Below are positions 1 through 12,400 of a stretch of DNA of 64,000 nt, in pieces (within the stretch, counting starts at the first letter, position 1; each line of letters begins with the position of its first letter). The notes beneath the pieces are model-generated. The model saw only the letters and a program-made list of their open reading frames with translations. It was not told the origin of the DNA and did not search any database. Both the position numbers and the translations under genes were made by a program. Source of the stretch: Anaeramoeba ignava BMAN (lineage: Eukaryota; Protista; Anaeramoebae); assembly GCA_028826165.1 (NCBI GenBank), contig JAPDFW010000028.1, positions 1-64,000 of the forward strand, read 5' to 3'.

Positions 1-1397
1 TTAAATGTTTTTAAAAGAGCAATATCTGCATCTCTAACTTCTCCCATAACTCCATCTTTTTGTAAAAGAAAATTTGATGTATCTTCTTTATCTTCTTTTT
101 TTTCATTTTGATTTTGATTTTCTTTTTGATTTTGATTTTGATTTTGATTTTGATTTTGATTTTGATTTTCATTTTCATTTTGATTTTGATTTTGATTTTG
201 ATTTTCATTTTTATTTTCATTTTCATTTTCATTTTCATTTTCATTTTCATTTTGATTTTGATTTTCATTTTCATTTTGATTTTCATTTTGATTTTCATTT
301 TGATTTTCATTTTGATTTTCATTTTGATTTTGATTTTGATTTTGATTTTGATTTTGATTTTCATTTTGATTTTGATTTTTGCATTTTCATTTTCATTTTG
401 ATTTTCATTTTCATTTTCATTTTCATTTTGATTTTTGATTTTGATTTTTACTTTGATTTTGATTTGATTTTGATTTTGATTTTCATTTTGATTTCTTGAT
501 TTTGATTTTCATTTTCATTTTCATTTTCATTTTGATTTTCATTTTGATTTTGATTTTCATTTTGATTTTCATTTTCATTTTGATTTTGATTTTGATTTTG
601 ATTTTGATTTTGATTTTGATTTTGATTTTCATTTTTATTTTCATTTTCATTTTGATTTTGATTTTCATTTTCATTTTCATTTTCATTTTCATTTTGATTT
701 TGATTTTGATTTTGATTTTGAATTACATTTTGATTTTCATTTTCATTTTCATTTTCATTTTCATTTTCATTTTCATTTTCATTTTCATTTTCATTTTGAT
801 TTTGATTTCCATTTTCATTTTCATTTTCATTTTCATTTTCATTTTCATTTTCATTTTCATTTTCATTTTCATTTGATTCAATTTGAATATCAACAAAATC
901 ATCTTCTAAATCTTTCAATTTATAATTAACTTCTTGAGATTTTATTGGTTTTTGATTCGTTTGAAAAAATGATTTAAAAAAAGAAAAAGAAAAATCTGAT
1001 TTATTATATCTAACTTCAAATTCTTTTGAAATTGTTGAAGATCTACAAATTGATTTTCCATTAACTTTAAAAACTTCAATAGGAAATCTCATTCTAACTC
1101 TTGCATAACGAGCTTTATTAATTTTGTTTCTTAAATCATTAATTTTTTTTGAATTCTTATTCATTTTTTCATTTTTTGATTTTTCAATTTGTTTTTAGTT
1201 GAAAATAAAATTAATTTTAATGGATAAGATTCACATAAAATATTTTCTTGATTATCTAATAATTCAAATGAATAATCTTTTGACCATAATTTCTCTGTTC
1301 TTTTTTGTATTTTTTTAAGATTTGGTGTAATTTTTCTGTTTATTGAACCAATATTTTGAGCAAAATATAAAAATAAATTTTTTAATTTATTTTCCAT
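1..1397 (-). CDS. MTMR14: Myotubularin-related protein 14 (MTMR14/Jumpy)-like phosphoinositide phosphatase, N-terminal part; runs off the window start
   Basis: ORFs 1161-1397 and 448-1164 give KKIQKRTEKLWSKDYSFELLDNQENILCESYPLKLILF and ARYARVRMRFPIEVFKVNGKSICRSSTIS, matching the recalled MTMR14 N-terminus (RCLELFGRDYCF...ICGHYP; ARCRGRFVCPVI...ICRSATL). After a ~750-nt N/E/Q insertion, 1-100 reads GEVRDADIALLKTF (cf. DKVRGYDIKLLRYL). Frameshifts near 1165 and within the low-complexity tract. Confidence 0.8.
105..875. repeat. Coding hexamer microsatellite (ATTTTG/ATTTTC)n encoding a poly-NQ/NE tract
   Basis: Direct reading; it explains the spurious KIKIK/FDFDF/ILILI ORFs. Confidence 0.95.
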
Positions 1398-1435
1398 TTT
1401 AAAAAAATGAAAAATGAAAAAATTATTTTTTAATT

Positions 1436-4400
1436 TTATTTCTTTTCTAAATTATTTATATTTTTAATAACTTTCTCTAATTCTTTAAAGATAATTTCTG
1501 TTTTTCCTTTGTTAATAAGTGAAAATTTATAAATTTCTTTAAAAGAATCATTTAATTTCTTAAATTTTTGTGAAGATGATAAAAAATTTATAATTTTTTG
1601 AAGGAAAGAATGTAAATATGATTCTAATTTTGAAAACATTTGATTTTTGGTTAAATTTTGAAGTAATTCTTGATTTAAAGGAAAACAACTTTGAATATCC
1701 AAAAAATTTTTAAATCCAATAATAAATTTTTTCAATTTAATATTTTCATGACAAATTTCAGCATATTTTAAATATAATTTTGCTAAATAAATTCTAATTT
1801 CAATAAAATCATTCAAGAATTTTTGATGAGAAAAAAATTTGATTGCAATTTCAAAATGAGAAATAATTTCATTCAATCTTTTCAAAGTAATTTTTTCCTT
1901 TTGATTTTCAACTTCCATTTCAAAAAGTAATGATTCCAATTTGATAATTGGATTTACAAATCATTTCCGAATGATTAAGAGAATTAAAAATATCTAATGA
2001 TGATTTAAATATCTTCAAAATTGTATGTTTTGATCTATTAGAAGATGAATTCAATCTTGTTGCTTGAATAAATAAAGCTTTTCCCAAAAGTAAATTGACA
2101 TCAAATTCAAGACTAATTTTGATTTTTTCATTTGAAATGATTTTCTTTTTGCATCAAGAAAATATTTGATTGCATTTGCAAAATAGAATCTTCAGAATTT
2201 GAGTACTCATTCTTGTAAAGTTGTCCTTCTTTGATTGCTTCTGAAAGCATCATTCTTGCAAAATTGAATTCAATCACAATGATATTCATTTTATTTCCAA
2301 CAATTTTTGCTGATTTCAATGCGTTTTCATAAAATCTAATAGCCATCGTTATTCTTTCCGATTGATTATAAATTGTCGCAACTTCATTATAAATTTCAGA
2401 AAGTTTTTGGTGTATTTGTTGATATTTTTCTTGTTCTGAATTTAATCCAATATTGCTTGCTTCCAATTTAATAAGTGCATTTTTTTGACTGTTTTTGATT
2501 GAATTGAAATCATTTGCAAAAGATGTTTCCATTGTAATTGATGCACGAAGAAAAATTCGTATTGCTATAAATAATATATCCAATTTATCTGTTGGAATTT
2601 GTGGGAAAAATGTTTTTAAAAATGGATGACAATTTTTATGAATATTTTCTATTTCTTTTGTATAACTGTTGAAAAGCTTTTTTTTATCAATAATTTTGGA
2701 AATTTCATAATAAACACTTCCAAGTTCAACAAGCAAAGATGAAAATAAACTTTCAAATTCTTCCAATATTTTGTTATTTTTTCCTATTCCAAAATCTTCA
2801 AAGCATTTTATTGATAAATTAATCCAATGAATAATTTCAGGAATGTATTTATGATCTTCTTTGATTGTCATTTCTGTGATTTTTTGATACATTTTAAACA
2901 AATCTTTTTGATGTTCTATGATTAATTTTTGGATATCTTGTTGATTTTCTTTAAAATCATTAAAATGAGATTTTAAAATGTTTACTGCTTTTTGGATATT
3001 TTGAGCAGCCATTTCAAATGATTTTTTCTTATGGTTTTGGAAATCATTATTTTGGATATTTTCAATATTTTCAACTTTTTCAATATTTTGATTATTTTGA
3101 TTATTTTGAATATTTTGAATTTTCTTCTTTTTCCCTTTTTTTTGTTGTTGTTGTTGTTGTTTTTGTTTTTGCTTTTGCTTTTTGTTTTTATTCTTTTTAT
3201 TCTTTCTTTTTTTTAAATTGTTCTTGTTTTTTAATATTTTTTTATCCTTTGAATGTGATTCTATATTTTCAATTTGAGGCTTCTCATTTATATCTAATTT
3301 ATCGTTATTAATTGGATCTTCTTTAGTTTCATGATAAAATTCATATAAATAAGCATCTCTTAAATGTTTATGAACATAAGCAGACAAAAGAGGGAAATTT
3401 TTTTCATCAATCATTTCCAAAAATTTACTTAGTAATGTTTGAGCCTTTTTAATTGATTCTTTTTCTCCTGTTTTCAAAAGATGAATACCAACTCTATGAC
3501 AAAGTAATGCAACAGGAAAAAATTTTTCTGTTAAATCACCAATTTTAGAAATATCAAATAATTTTTCATCAAAATCTGTTTCAATTATTTTAAGAGTGTT
3601 TTTTGAGGCATTTTTCTTTAACAAATAAGTGCCAATATCTTTAGTTAAATTCGTTTTCAAAAACGAAAAAATTTGTCGTGAAGTTTCTTGCAAAAAACCA
3701 GTGATATTGTTGTAAAAAGAAGATTGCAAGTTGTTTTTCTTTGTTGGATCATTATCATCCAAATCTGAATACATTGCTTGAATAATTTCCTCAGTTTTAA
3801 CAAATTCGTAATTAAGAATAAACCCATTTTTATGTTTGCAAACTAAACTTTCAGGAATATTTGATAAAACATTATTCCAATAATATTCCAAACAAGTATT
3901 AAATGAAGGTTTATCTGCTACATCCTTAAGATAAAGAGTAACAATTGGATGTGAATTGTCGAAATTGAAAAGCATCATATCACTTCCCAATGTAATGTTT
4001 AAATTATCAAATTTCCATTTGCAAATTCTTGGGAAAGTTGTTGGTAAATTTGCTTTTGATGAAAATGATGTTTTTGTAATTGAATTTTGCATTTCTTGAT
4101 TTTTATAATATTGTTGATGTTGAAGTAAATAATAACTGATCAACGAATCCTCATCTATTGGTTTTGATAAAAAATTCTGAGGTTTTTGCGGTTGAAGATC
4201 ATTTGGAGAAAGTGAATAATAAATGAATTTAGAATATCGATTTTGTTTAATTTCTTTTTCTTGAAGAATATTTGATAAAATGTTATTTTTCAAATTTAAT
4301 TGGCCTAAATTAAAAGAATCATTTTGCATTGAATTTGGATTAATTTTTTCTCTAATCAATTGTTTTATTTCCGGAATTTGATTTTGTTTTGAAATTTGTG

Positions 4401-5431
4401 AGAAATGAGAAGGTAATTCTATATCATCAAGAAGAATAGTATTTCCAACTTTATTCATTAAAAACATTGAATCTTTTTTTTGGAAAGGAATTGTTAATAA
4501 TCTAATCATTGTTTCATGAGTTGAAATAAAATCAGTGTCTTTAAGATCATCAGTTAAATCCAACAAATCTTTAAGATTCAATAAAGTAAGTTTTTGTGAT
4601 TTAAATTCTGGGGATTGAATCTTTTATTTTTAAATTAAATAAAAATAATTTAATTAATTTAAATTTCAAACTATAAAATTATTAATTTACTCGATAATCG
4701 TATTGAAGCCAATTTATTGGTGGTTTGTTTATGTTTGTATTTTGAGGTAATTGAATAAAATTTAAGCTTCCAAATGTATCTCTTAAAATTTTTATTGTAT
4801 TTTTAATTTGATTTTTTTCGTTTATTTTTTGATTTTGTAATTTTATATCTTCAAGGTTTGAATTATATATTTTTGCAATTTGATTTTTTGGTATTTCAAT
4901 TAAGGATAATTGTTTCTTTTTCTTTTGATTTTCATTTTCAATTTGAAATTGATTTTTATTTTTATTTTCAATTTGAAATTGATTTTCATTTTGATTTTGA
5001 TTTTGATTTTGATTTTGATTTTCAATTTGATTTTGATTTTCATTTTCATTTTCAATTTGATTTTCAATTTGATTTTCAATTTGATTTAAAGTTAAAATTT
5101 CATTTTGATTTTCAATTTGATTTTCAATTTGATTTAAAGTTAAAATTTCATTTTGATTTTTATTTTGATTTTTATTTTGATTTTGAATTTGATTTTGATT
5201 TTGATTTTGATTTTGATTTTGATTTTGATTTTGATTTTGATTTTGATTTTGATTTTGAATTTGATTTTGAATTTGATTTTGAATTTGATTTTGATTTTGA
5301 TTTTGATTTTGATTTTGATTTTGATTTTGATTTTGATTTTGATCAGGTAAAAAAAGAAACCTTGAATTATCTGCTAAAATTTTATTATCAATTAAAAGTT
5401 TTGTAAAATCAAGTGTTGCAATTGTTTTCAT
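1436..5431 (-). CDS. EDRF1: Erythroid differentiation-related factor 1 (EDRF1)-like protein; intron 4621-4690; apparent frameshifts near 1935-2175
   Basis: Motifs NINKPPINWL, DFISTHETMIRLLTIPF...MNKVGNTILLD and WKFDNLNITLGSDMMLF...CLEYYWNNVLSNIPESLVCKHKNGFILNYEFVKTEEI match recalled EDRF1 blocks. A phase-0 GT(4690)..AG(4621) intron joins DYR to IQSPEFKSQKLTLLNLKD. C-terminus is helical/TPR-like. Confidence 0.8.
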
Positions 5432-5500
5432 TTATTAAAAAAAAATTTCTTTTTATTTTTTGAAATGAAAAAAAATGAAAAAAAATGAAAAATGAAAAAA

Positions 5501-8500
5501 TTAATTTTTTAAATCTTTTAAAATTAAATCAATAATTGAATTTTGATTTAATTGAAAATAATCTTTTAAATCATAAAATTCTTCTAAAATAATTTCTTTT
5601 TCTTTTTCTTTTTCAATGTTATTAAATTTATCATGATAAAGAAAATAAATAAATTGATTAATTGTTTCAAATGATTTTCTTGAATAATCATGAACTTGAT
5701 TTGATGAATCTTGAATATTTAATTCAAACATTCCTTTAAATAATTCACTTCTAATTATTAATATTAATTTATGAATTTTAATTTCTTTTTCTTCAACAAT
5801 AATTTTAAAATCTTTGGTTTCATTTTCTTTATATAATTTTGATAAATCATTTATTATTCCTTTTCTTCCTTTTTTAATTTCAATCCAATTTGGTTCAATT
5901 CCAATTTCTTTAATAAACTTTTGAATAATTTCTTTTTCATTTTCATTTTCATTTTCATTTTCATTTTCATTTTCATTTTCTTTTTCTTTTTCATTTTCAT
6001 TTTCTTTTTCATTTTCATTTTCATTTTCATTTTCAATTTCATTTTCTTTTTCATTTTCTTTTTCATTTTGTTTTGAATTAAATTTTTCAATAAATTTATC
6101 AAAATTATAAAATCCAGTATAAATAAAATTTAAAATAATTTCAATTTCTTTTTTTGGTTTTTGATAACAATTATTAATAAATTTTTGTAAAATCAATTCA
6201 TTATTATCAAATCTTGTTAATAATATTAATTTATGAACTTTAAATTTAAATAAATCATTTGATTGAATTATTAAATCTGAAAATTGATTATTTGATTTCA
6301 ATAAATTATTCATATCTTCATTAATTGAATAAATTTGTGAAAATAATTGAATAAATTGTTTTGTGATTTGTTTTTGTTTCAAATTATCAATATTCATATC
6401 ATTCATTAATAAAAAATTGATTATATTTTCATTTTGTTTTTTAATTGATATTGAAAGAATTGTTTCATCTTGATTTGTTTTTGAATTAATATCAGCACCT
6501 TTGGAAATTAAATATTTAACAATTTGAATTGAATTGAATTTGCAAACTAAATGTAAAGCTGTTTCATTTTGATTATTTTTTGCATTAATATCAATTCCTT
6601 TGGAAATTAAATATTCAATAACTTTTAATGAAGGATTATTTTGGCAAGCATAATGTAAAGCAGTTTCATTTCGATTTGTTTTTGAATTAATATCAATTCC
6701 TGATTCAATAAGAAATTTGATAATTTGAAAAGAATTGAATTGACAAGCAAAATGTAAAGCTGTTTCATTTTGATTATTTTTGATATTAATATCAGCACCT
6801 TTGGAAACTAAATATTTAACATTTTGAATTGAATTTAATCTGGAAATTAAATTTAAAGCTGTTTCATTTTGATTTGTTTTTGCATTTATATCAATTCCTT
6901 TTTCAATTAAATATTCAATAATTTCAAGTGATGAATTATTTTGACAAGCAAAATGTAAAACTGTTTCGTTTCGATTTGTTTTTTCATTTATATCAACACC
7001 TTTGGAAATTAAATATTCAATAACTCTAAGTGGAGGATTATTTTGGCAAACAAAATGTAAAACATTTTTGTTTTGATTTGTTTTTGCATTAATATCAATT
7101 CCTTTTTCAACTAAATATTGTATAACTTCAAGCGGTGAATTATATTGGCAAGCATTATGTAAGAGTGTTTGATTTGAATTTGTTTTTGCGTTAATATCAG
7201 AACCTTTTTCAATTAAATATTGAATAACTTCGAATGGAGAATGATTTCTCGAGGAATAAAGCAAAGCTGTTTGATTTTGATTATTTTTTGCATTAATATC
7301 AATTCCTTTGGAAATTAAATATTGAATAATTTCAAATGATGAATTATATTCACAAACGATGTGTAAAGCTGTTTGATTTCTATTTGTTTTTTCATTTATA
7401 TCAATTCCTTTGGAAATTAAATATTCAATAATTTCAAGTGAATTGCTTCGACAAGCATAATGTAGAACTGTTTCATTTTGATTCGTTTTTGCATTAATAT
7501 CAATTCCTTTGGAAACTAAATATTCAATAAGTTTAAGTGATGAATAATTTAGACAAACTAAATGTAGAACTGTTTCATCTTGATCTGTTTTTGCATTAAT
7601 ATCAGCACCTTTGGAAATCAAATATTCAATAATTTCAAGTGATGAATTATTTCTACAGGCTGAATGTAAAACTGTTTTACCATAATTTGTTTTTGCATTA
7701 ATATCAGCACCTTTGGAAATCAAATATTCAATAATTTCAATTGTTGGGTTATTTTGGCAAGTTAAATATAAAGCTGTTTCATTTTGATCTGTTTTTGCAT
7801 TAATATCAATTCCTTTGGAAATTAAATATTCAATAATTTCAAGTGATGGATTATTTCTACAAGCTGAATGTAAAATTGTTTCACTATAATCTGCTTTTGC
7901 ATTAATATCAATTCCTTTTTCAACAAGATATTTGATAACTTGAATTGTATTATTTTGATTCTCAAAAAAATAATGTAAAATTGTTTCATTATAATCTGCT
8001 TTTGAATTGATATGAATGCCTTTAGAAACCAAATATTCAATAACTTCAAGTGATGGATTGTTTTGGCAAGCATAATGTAAAACTGTTTCATTCCATTTGG
8101 TTTTTTCATGAATATCAACACCTTTGGAAATTAAATATTCAATAATTTCAATTGTTGGATTATTTTCACAAACCAAATGAATAAGTGTTTGATTCCATTT
8201 GGTTTTTTCATTAATATCAATTCCTTTGGAAATTAAATATTTAATAACTTTGAATGATGGATTATTTTGACAAGCTAATTGTAAAGTTGTTTCATTAGCT
8301 CTTGTAATTGCATTTATATCAAGACCTTTGGAAATTAAATATTCAATAACTTTAAGTGTGTTTTCTTGGCATGCATAATGTAAAATTGTTTCATTCTCAC
8401 TTGTAATTGCATTTATATCAATTCCTTTGGAAATTAAATATTCAATAACTTCAAGTGAATTCTTTTTACATGCAGAATGTAAAATTGTTTCATTCCATAT

Positions 8501-9430
8501 TGTTTTTGAATTAATATTAATTCCTTTAGATATTAAATATTCAATAACTTCAATTGAATTGTTATAACAAGCATAATGTAATATTGTTTCATTCCATTTG
8601 GTTTTTGAATTAATATTAATTCCTTTAGATATTAAATATTCAATAACTTCAAGTGAATTGCTTTTACATGCAGAATGTAAAATTGTTTTATGTTGATTTG
8701 TTTTTGAATTAATATTAATTCCTTTGGAAATTAAATATTCAATAACTTGAATTGAATTGCTTTTAGATGCATAATGTAATACTGTTTTATTTTGTTTTGT
8801 TTTTTCATTTATATTATTAATTCCTTTGGAAATTAAATATTCAATAACTTCAATTGAATTATTTTGACATGCAAAATGTAAAACTGTTTTATTTTCATTT
8901 GCTTTTTCATTTATATTATTATTTCCTTTAGAAAGTAAATATTCAATAATTTTAATTGAATTATATTCACATGCATAATGTAATATTGTTTTATTTCTGT
9001 TTGTCTTTTCATTTATATTATTAATTTTATTGGAAATTAAATATTCAATAATTTCAATTAATTCTTTTTCATTTTTTAAATATTTTATTAAATAATGAAT
9101 AATTGTTTTTCCTTTTTTATCTTTTGAATTAATATCAATTCCTTTTGTAATTAATAATTTAATTATTTCAATTTTTGATTGATTTATAATTGAAATTTGT
9201 AATAAATTTCTTCCTTTTTTATCTTTAAAATTAATATCATTATCATTATCATCATTATTAAATAATTTTGTTATTAAATATTCAATTATTTCTTTGGAAA
9301 CTTTTTGTTTTATTGAATATTTTATTATTTTCTTTTTATTTTTTTCTTCATTAATAATTTCTTTTATTATTTCTTTAATTTTTTCAATTTCATTTTCTTT
9401 TATAATTTTATAAATTTTATTTTTATTCAT
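5501..9430 (-). CDS. Intronless ankyrin-repeat (about 28 repeats) + tandem BTB/POZ protein, copy 1 (1309 aa)
   Basis: 33-34-aa repeats KTxxNETxLHxACxxNxxxEIIEYLISKGIDIN. BTB motifs FSDLII..FKVHKLILLTR and KDFKII..IKIHKLILIIRSELFKGMF. Confidence 0.95.
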   Translation of the reverse strand: MNKNKIYKIIKENEIEKIKEIIKEIINEEKNKKKIIKYSIKQKVSKEIIEYLITKLFNNDDNDNDINFKDKKGRNLLQISIINQSKIEIIKLLITKGIDINSKDKKGKTIIHYLIKYLKNEKELIEIIEYLISNKINNINEKTNRNKTILHYACEYNSIKIIEYLLSKGNNNINEKANENKTVLHFACQNNSIEVIEYLISKGINNINEKTKQNKTVLHYASKSNSIQVIEYLISKGININSKTNQHKTILHSACKSNSLEVIEYLISKGININSKTKWNETILHYACYNNSIEVIEYLISKGININSKTIWNETILHSACKKNSLEVIEYLISKGIDINAITSENETILHYACQENTLKVIEYLISKGLDINAITRANETTLQLACQNNPSFKVIKYLISKGIDINEKTKWNQTLIHLVCENNPTIEIIEYLISKGVDIHEKTKWNETVLHYACQNNPSLEVIEYLVSKGIHINSKADYNETILHYFFENQNNTIQVIKYLVEKGIDINAKADYSETILHSACRNNPSLEIIEYLISKGIDINAKTDQNETALYLTCQNNPTIEIIEYLISKGADINAKTNYGKTVLHSACRNNSSLEIIEYLISKGADINAKTDQDETVLHLVCLNYSSLKLIEYLVSKGIDINAKTNQNETVLHYACRSNSLEIIEYLISKGIDINEKTNRNQTALHIVCEYNSSFEIIQYLISKGIDINAKNNQNQTALLYSSRNHSPFEVIQYLIEKGSDINAKTNSNQTLLHNACQYNSPLEVIQYLVEKGIDINAKTNQNKNVLHFVCQNNPPLRVIEYLISKGVDINEKTNRNETVLHFACQNNSSLEIIEYLIEKGIDINAKTNQNETALNLISRLNSIQNVKYLVSKGADINIKNNQNETALHFACQFNSFQIIKFLIESGIDINSKTNRNETALHYACQNNPSLKVIEYLISKGIDINAKNNQNETALHLVCKFNSIQIVKYLISKGADINSKTNQDETILSISIKKQNENIINFLLMNDMNIDNLKQKQITKQFIQLFSQIYSINEDMNNLLKSNNQFSDLIIQSNDLFKFKVHKLILLTRFDNNELILQKFINNCYQKPKKEIEIILNFIYTGFYNFDKFIEKFNSKQNEKENEKENEIENENENENEKENENEKEKENENENENENENENEKEIIQKFIKEIGIEPNWIEIKKGRKGIINDLSKLYKENETKDFKIIVEEKEIKIHKLILIIRSELFKGMFELNIQDSSNQVHDYSRKSFETINQFIYFLYHDKFNNIEKEKEKEIILEEFYDLKDYFQLNQNSIIDLILKDLKN

Positions 9431-9494
9431 TTTATTTTTTTTTATTTTTATTTTTTGAAATGAAAAAAAATGAAAAAAAATGAAAAATGAAAAA

Positions 9495-12400
9495 TTAATT
9501 TTTTAAATCTTTTAAAATTAAATCAATAATTGAATTTTGATTTAATTGAAAATAATCTTTTAAATCATAAAATTCTTCTAAAATAATTTCTTTTTCTTTT
9601 TCAATATTATTAAATTTATCATGATAAAGAAAATAAATAAATTGATTAATTGTTTCAAATGATTTTCTTGAATAATCATGAACTTGATTTGATGAATCTT
9701 GAATATTTAATTCAAACATTCCTTTAAATAATTCACTTCTTAATTATTAATATTAATTTATGAATTTTAATTTCTTTTTCTTCAACAATAATTTTAAAAT
9801 CTTTGGTTTCATTTTCTTTATATAATTTTGATAAATCATTTATTATTCCTTTTCTTCCTTTTTTAATTTCAATCCAATTTGGTTCAATTCCAATTTCTTT
9901 AATAAACTTTTGAATAATTTCTTTTTCATTTTCATTTTCATTTTCATTTTCATTTTCATTTTCTTTTTCAATTTCATTTTCTTTTTCATTTTCTTTTTCA
10001 TTTTGTTTTGAATTAAATTTTTCAATAAATTTATCAAAATTATAAAATCCAGTATAAATAAAATTTAAAATAATTTCAATTTCTTTTTTTGGTTTTTGAT
10101 AACAATTATTAATAAATTTTTGTAAAATCAATTCATTATTATCAAATCTTGTTAATAATATTAATTTATGAACTTTAAATTTAAATAAATCATTTGATTG
10201 AATTATTAAATCTGAAAATTGATTATTTGATTTTAATAAATTATTCATATCTTCATTAATTGAATAAATTTGTGAAAATAATTCAATAAATTGTTTTGTG
10301 ATTTGTTTTTTTTTTAAATTATCAATATTCATATCATTCATTAATAAAAAATTGATTATATTTTCATTTTGTTTTTTAATTGATATTGAAAGAATTGTTT
10401 CATCTTGATTTGTTTTTGAATTAATATCAGCACCTTTGGAAATTAAATATTTAACAATTTGAATTGAATTGAATTTGCAAACTAAATGTAAAGCTGTTTC
10501 ATTTTGATTATTTTTTGCATTAATATCAATTCCTTTGGAAATTAAATATTCAATAACTTTTAATGAAGGATTATTTTGACAAGCAATATGTAAAGCAGTT
10601 TCATTTTGATTTGTTTTTGAATTAATATCAATTCCTGATTCAATAAGAAATTTGATAATTTGAAAAGAATTGAATTGACAAGCAAAATGTAAAGCAGTTT
10701 TATTTTGATTATTTTTGATATTAATATCAGCACCTTTGGAAACTAAATATTTAACATTTTGAATTGAATTTAATCTGGAAATTAAATGTAAAGCTGTTTC
10801 ATTTTGATTTGTTTTTGCATTTATATCAATTCCTTTTTCAATTAAATATTCAATAATTTCAAGTGATGAATTATTTTGACAAGCAAAATGTAAAACTGTT
10901 TCGTTTCGATTTGTTTTTTCATTTATATCAACACCTTTGGAAATTAAATATTCAATAATTCTAAGTGGAGGATTATTTTGGCAAACAAAATGTAAAACAT
11001 TTTTGTTTTGATTTGTTTTTGCATTAATATCAATTCCTTTTTCAATTAAATATTGTATAACTTCAAGCGGTGAATTATATTGGCAAGCATTATGTAAGAG
11101 TGTTTGATTTGAATTTGTTTTTGCGTTAATATCAGAACCTTTTTCAATTAAATATTGAATAATTTCAAATGGTTTATTTCTGCAAGCAAAATGTAAAGCA
11201 GTTTCATTTTGATTTGTTTTTTCATTTATATCAATTCCTTTGGATATTAAATATTCAATAATTTCAAATGATGGGCTATTTTGGCAAGCTAAATGTAAAA
11301 CTGTTTCATTGTAATTCGTTTTTTCATTTATATCAATTCCTTTGGAAATTAAATATTCAATAACTTCAAGTGAATTATATTGGCAAGCATAATGTAGAAC
11401 TGTTTCATTTCCATTTGTTTTTGAATTAATATCAACACCTTTAGAAACTAAATATTCAATTATTTCAAGTGATGAATTATATCTACAAGCTGTATGTAAA
11501 ACTGTTTCGTTTTGATTTGTTTTTGAATTAATATCAGCACCTTTAGAAACTAAATATTCAATAACTTCAATTGTTGGATTATTTCGACAAGCTGTATGTA
11601 AAACTGTTTCATTATAATTCGTTTTTGAATGAATATCAGCACCTTTAGATATTAAATATTCATTAACTTCAAGTGAGCTGGATTCACAAGTTAAAAGTAA
11701 AGGTGTTTCATTATAATTTGTTTTTGCATTAATATCAATTCCTTTGGAAATTAAATATTCAATAATTTCAAGTGATGGATTGCTTCTACAAATTGAATGT
11801 AAAATTGTTTCATTTTGATCTGTTTTTGCATTAATATCAATTCCTTTTTCAACAAGATATTTGATAACTTGAATTGTATTATTTTGATTCTCAAAAACAT
11901 AATGTAAAATTGTTTCATTATAATCTGTTTCTGAATTAATATAAATGCCTTTGGAAATCAAATATTCAATAACTTCAAGTGATGGATTGTATTGGCAAGC
12001 AATATGTAAAACTGTTTCATTCCATTTGGTTTTTTCATGAATATCAACACCTTTGGAAATTAAATATTCAATAATTTCAATTGTTGGATTATTTTCACAA
12101 ACCAAATGAATAAGTGTTTGATTCCATTTATTTTTTTCATAAATATCAATTCCTTTGGAAATTAAATATTCAATAACTTTGAATGATGGATTATTTTGAC
12201 AAGCTAATTGTAAAGTTGTTTCATTATCATTTGTAATTGCATGAATATCAAGACCTTTGGAAATTAAATATTCAATAACTTTAAGTGAGTTTTTTTGGCA
12301 TGCATAATGTAAAATTGTTTGATTCCATTTATTTTTTTCATGAATATTAATTCCTTTGGAAATTAAATATTCAATAACTTCAAGTGAATTCTTTTTACAT

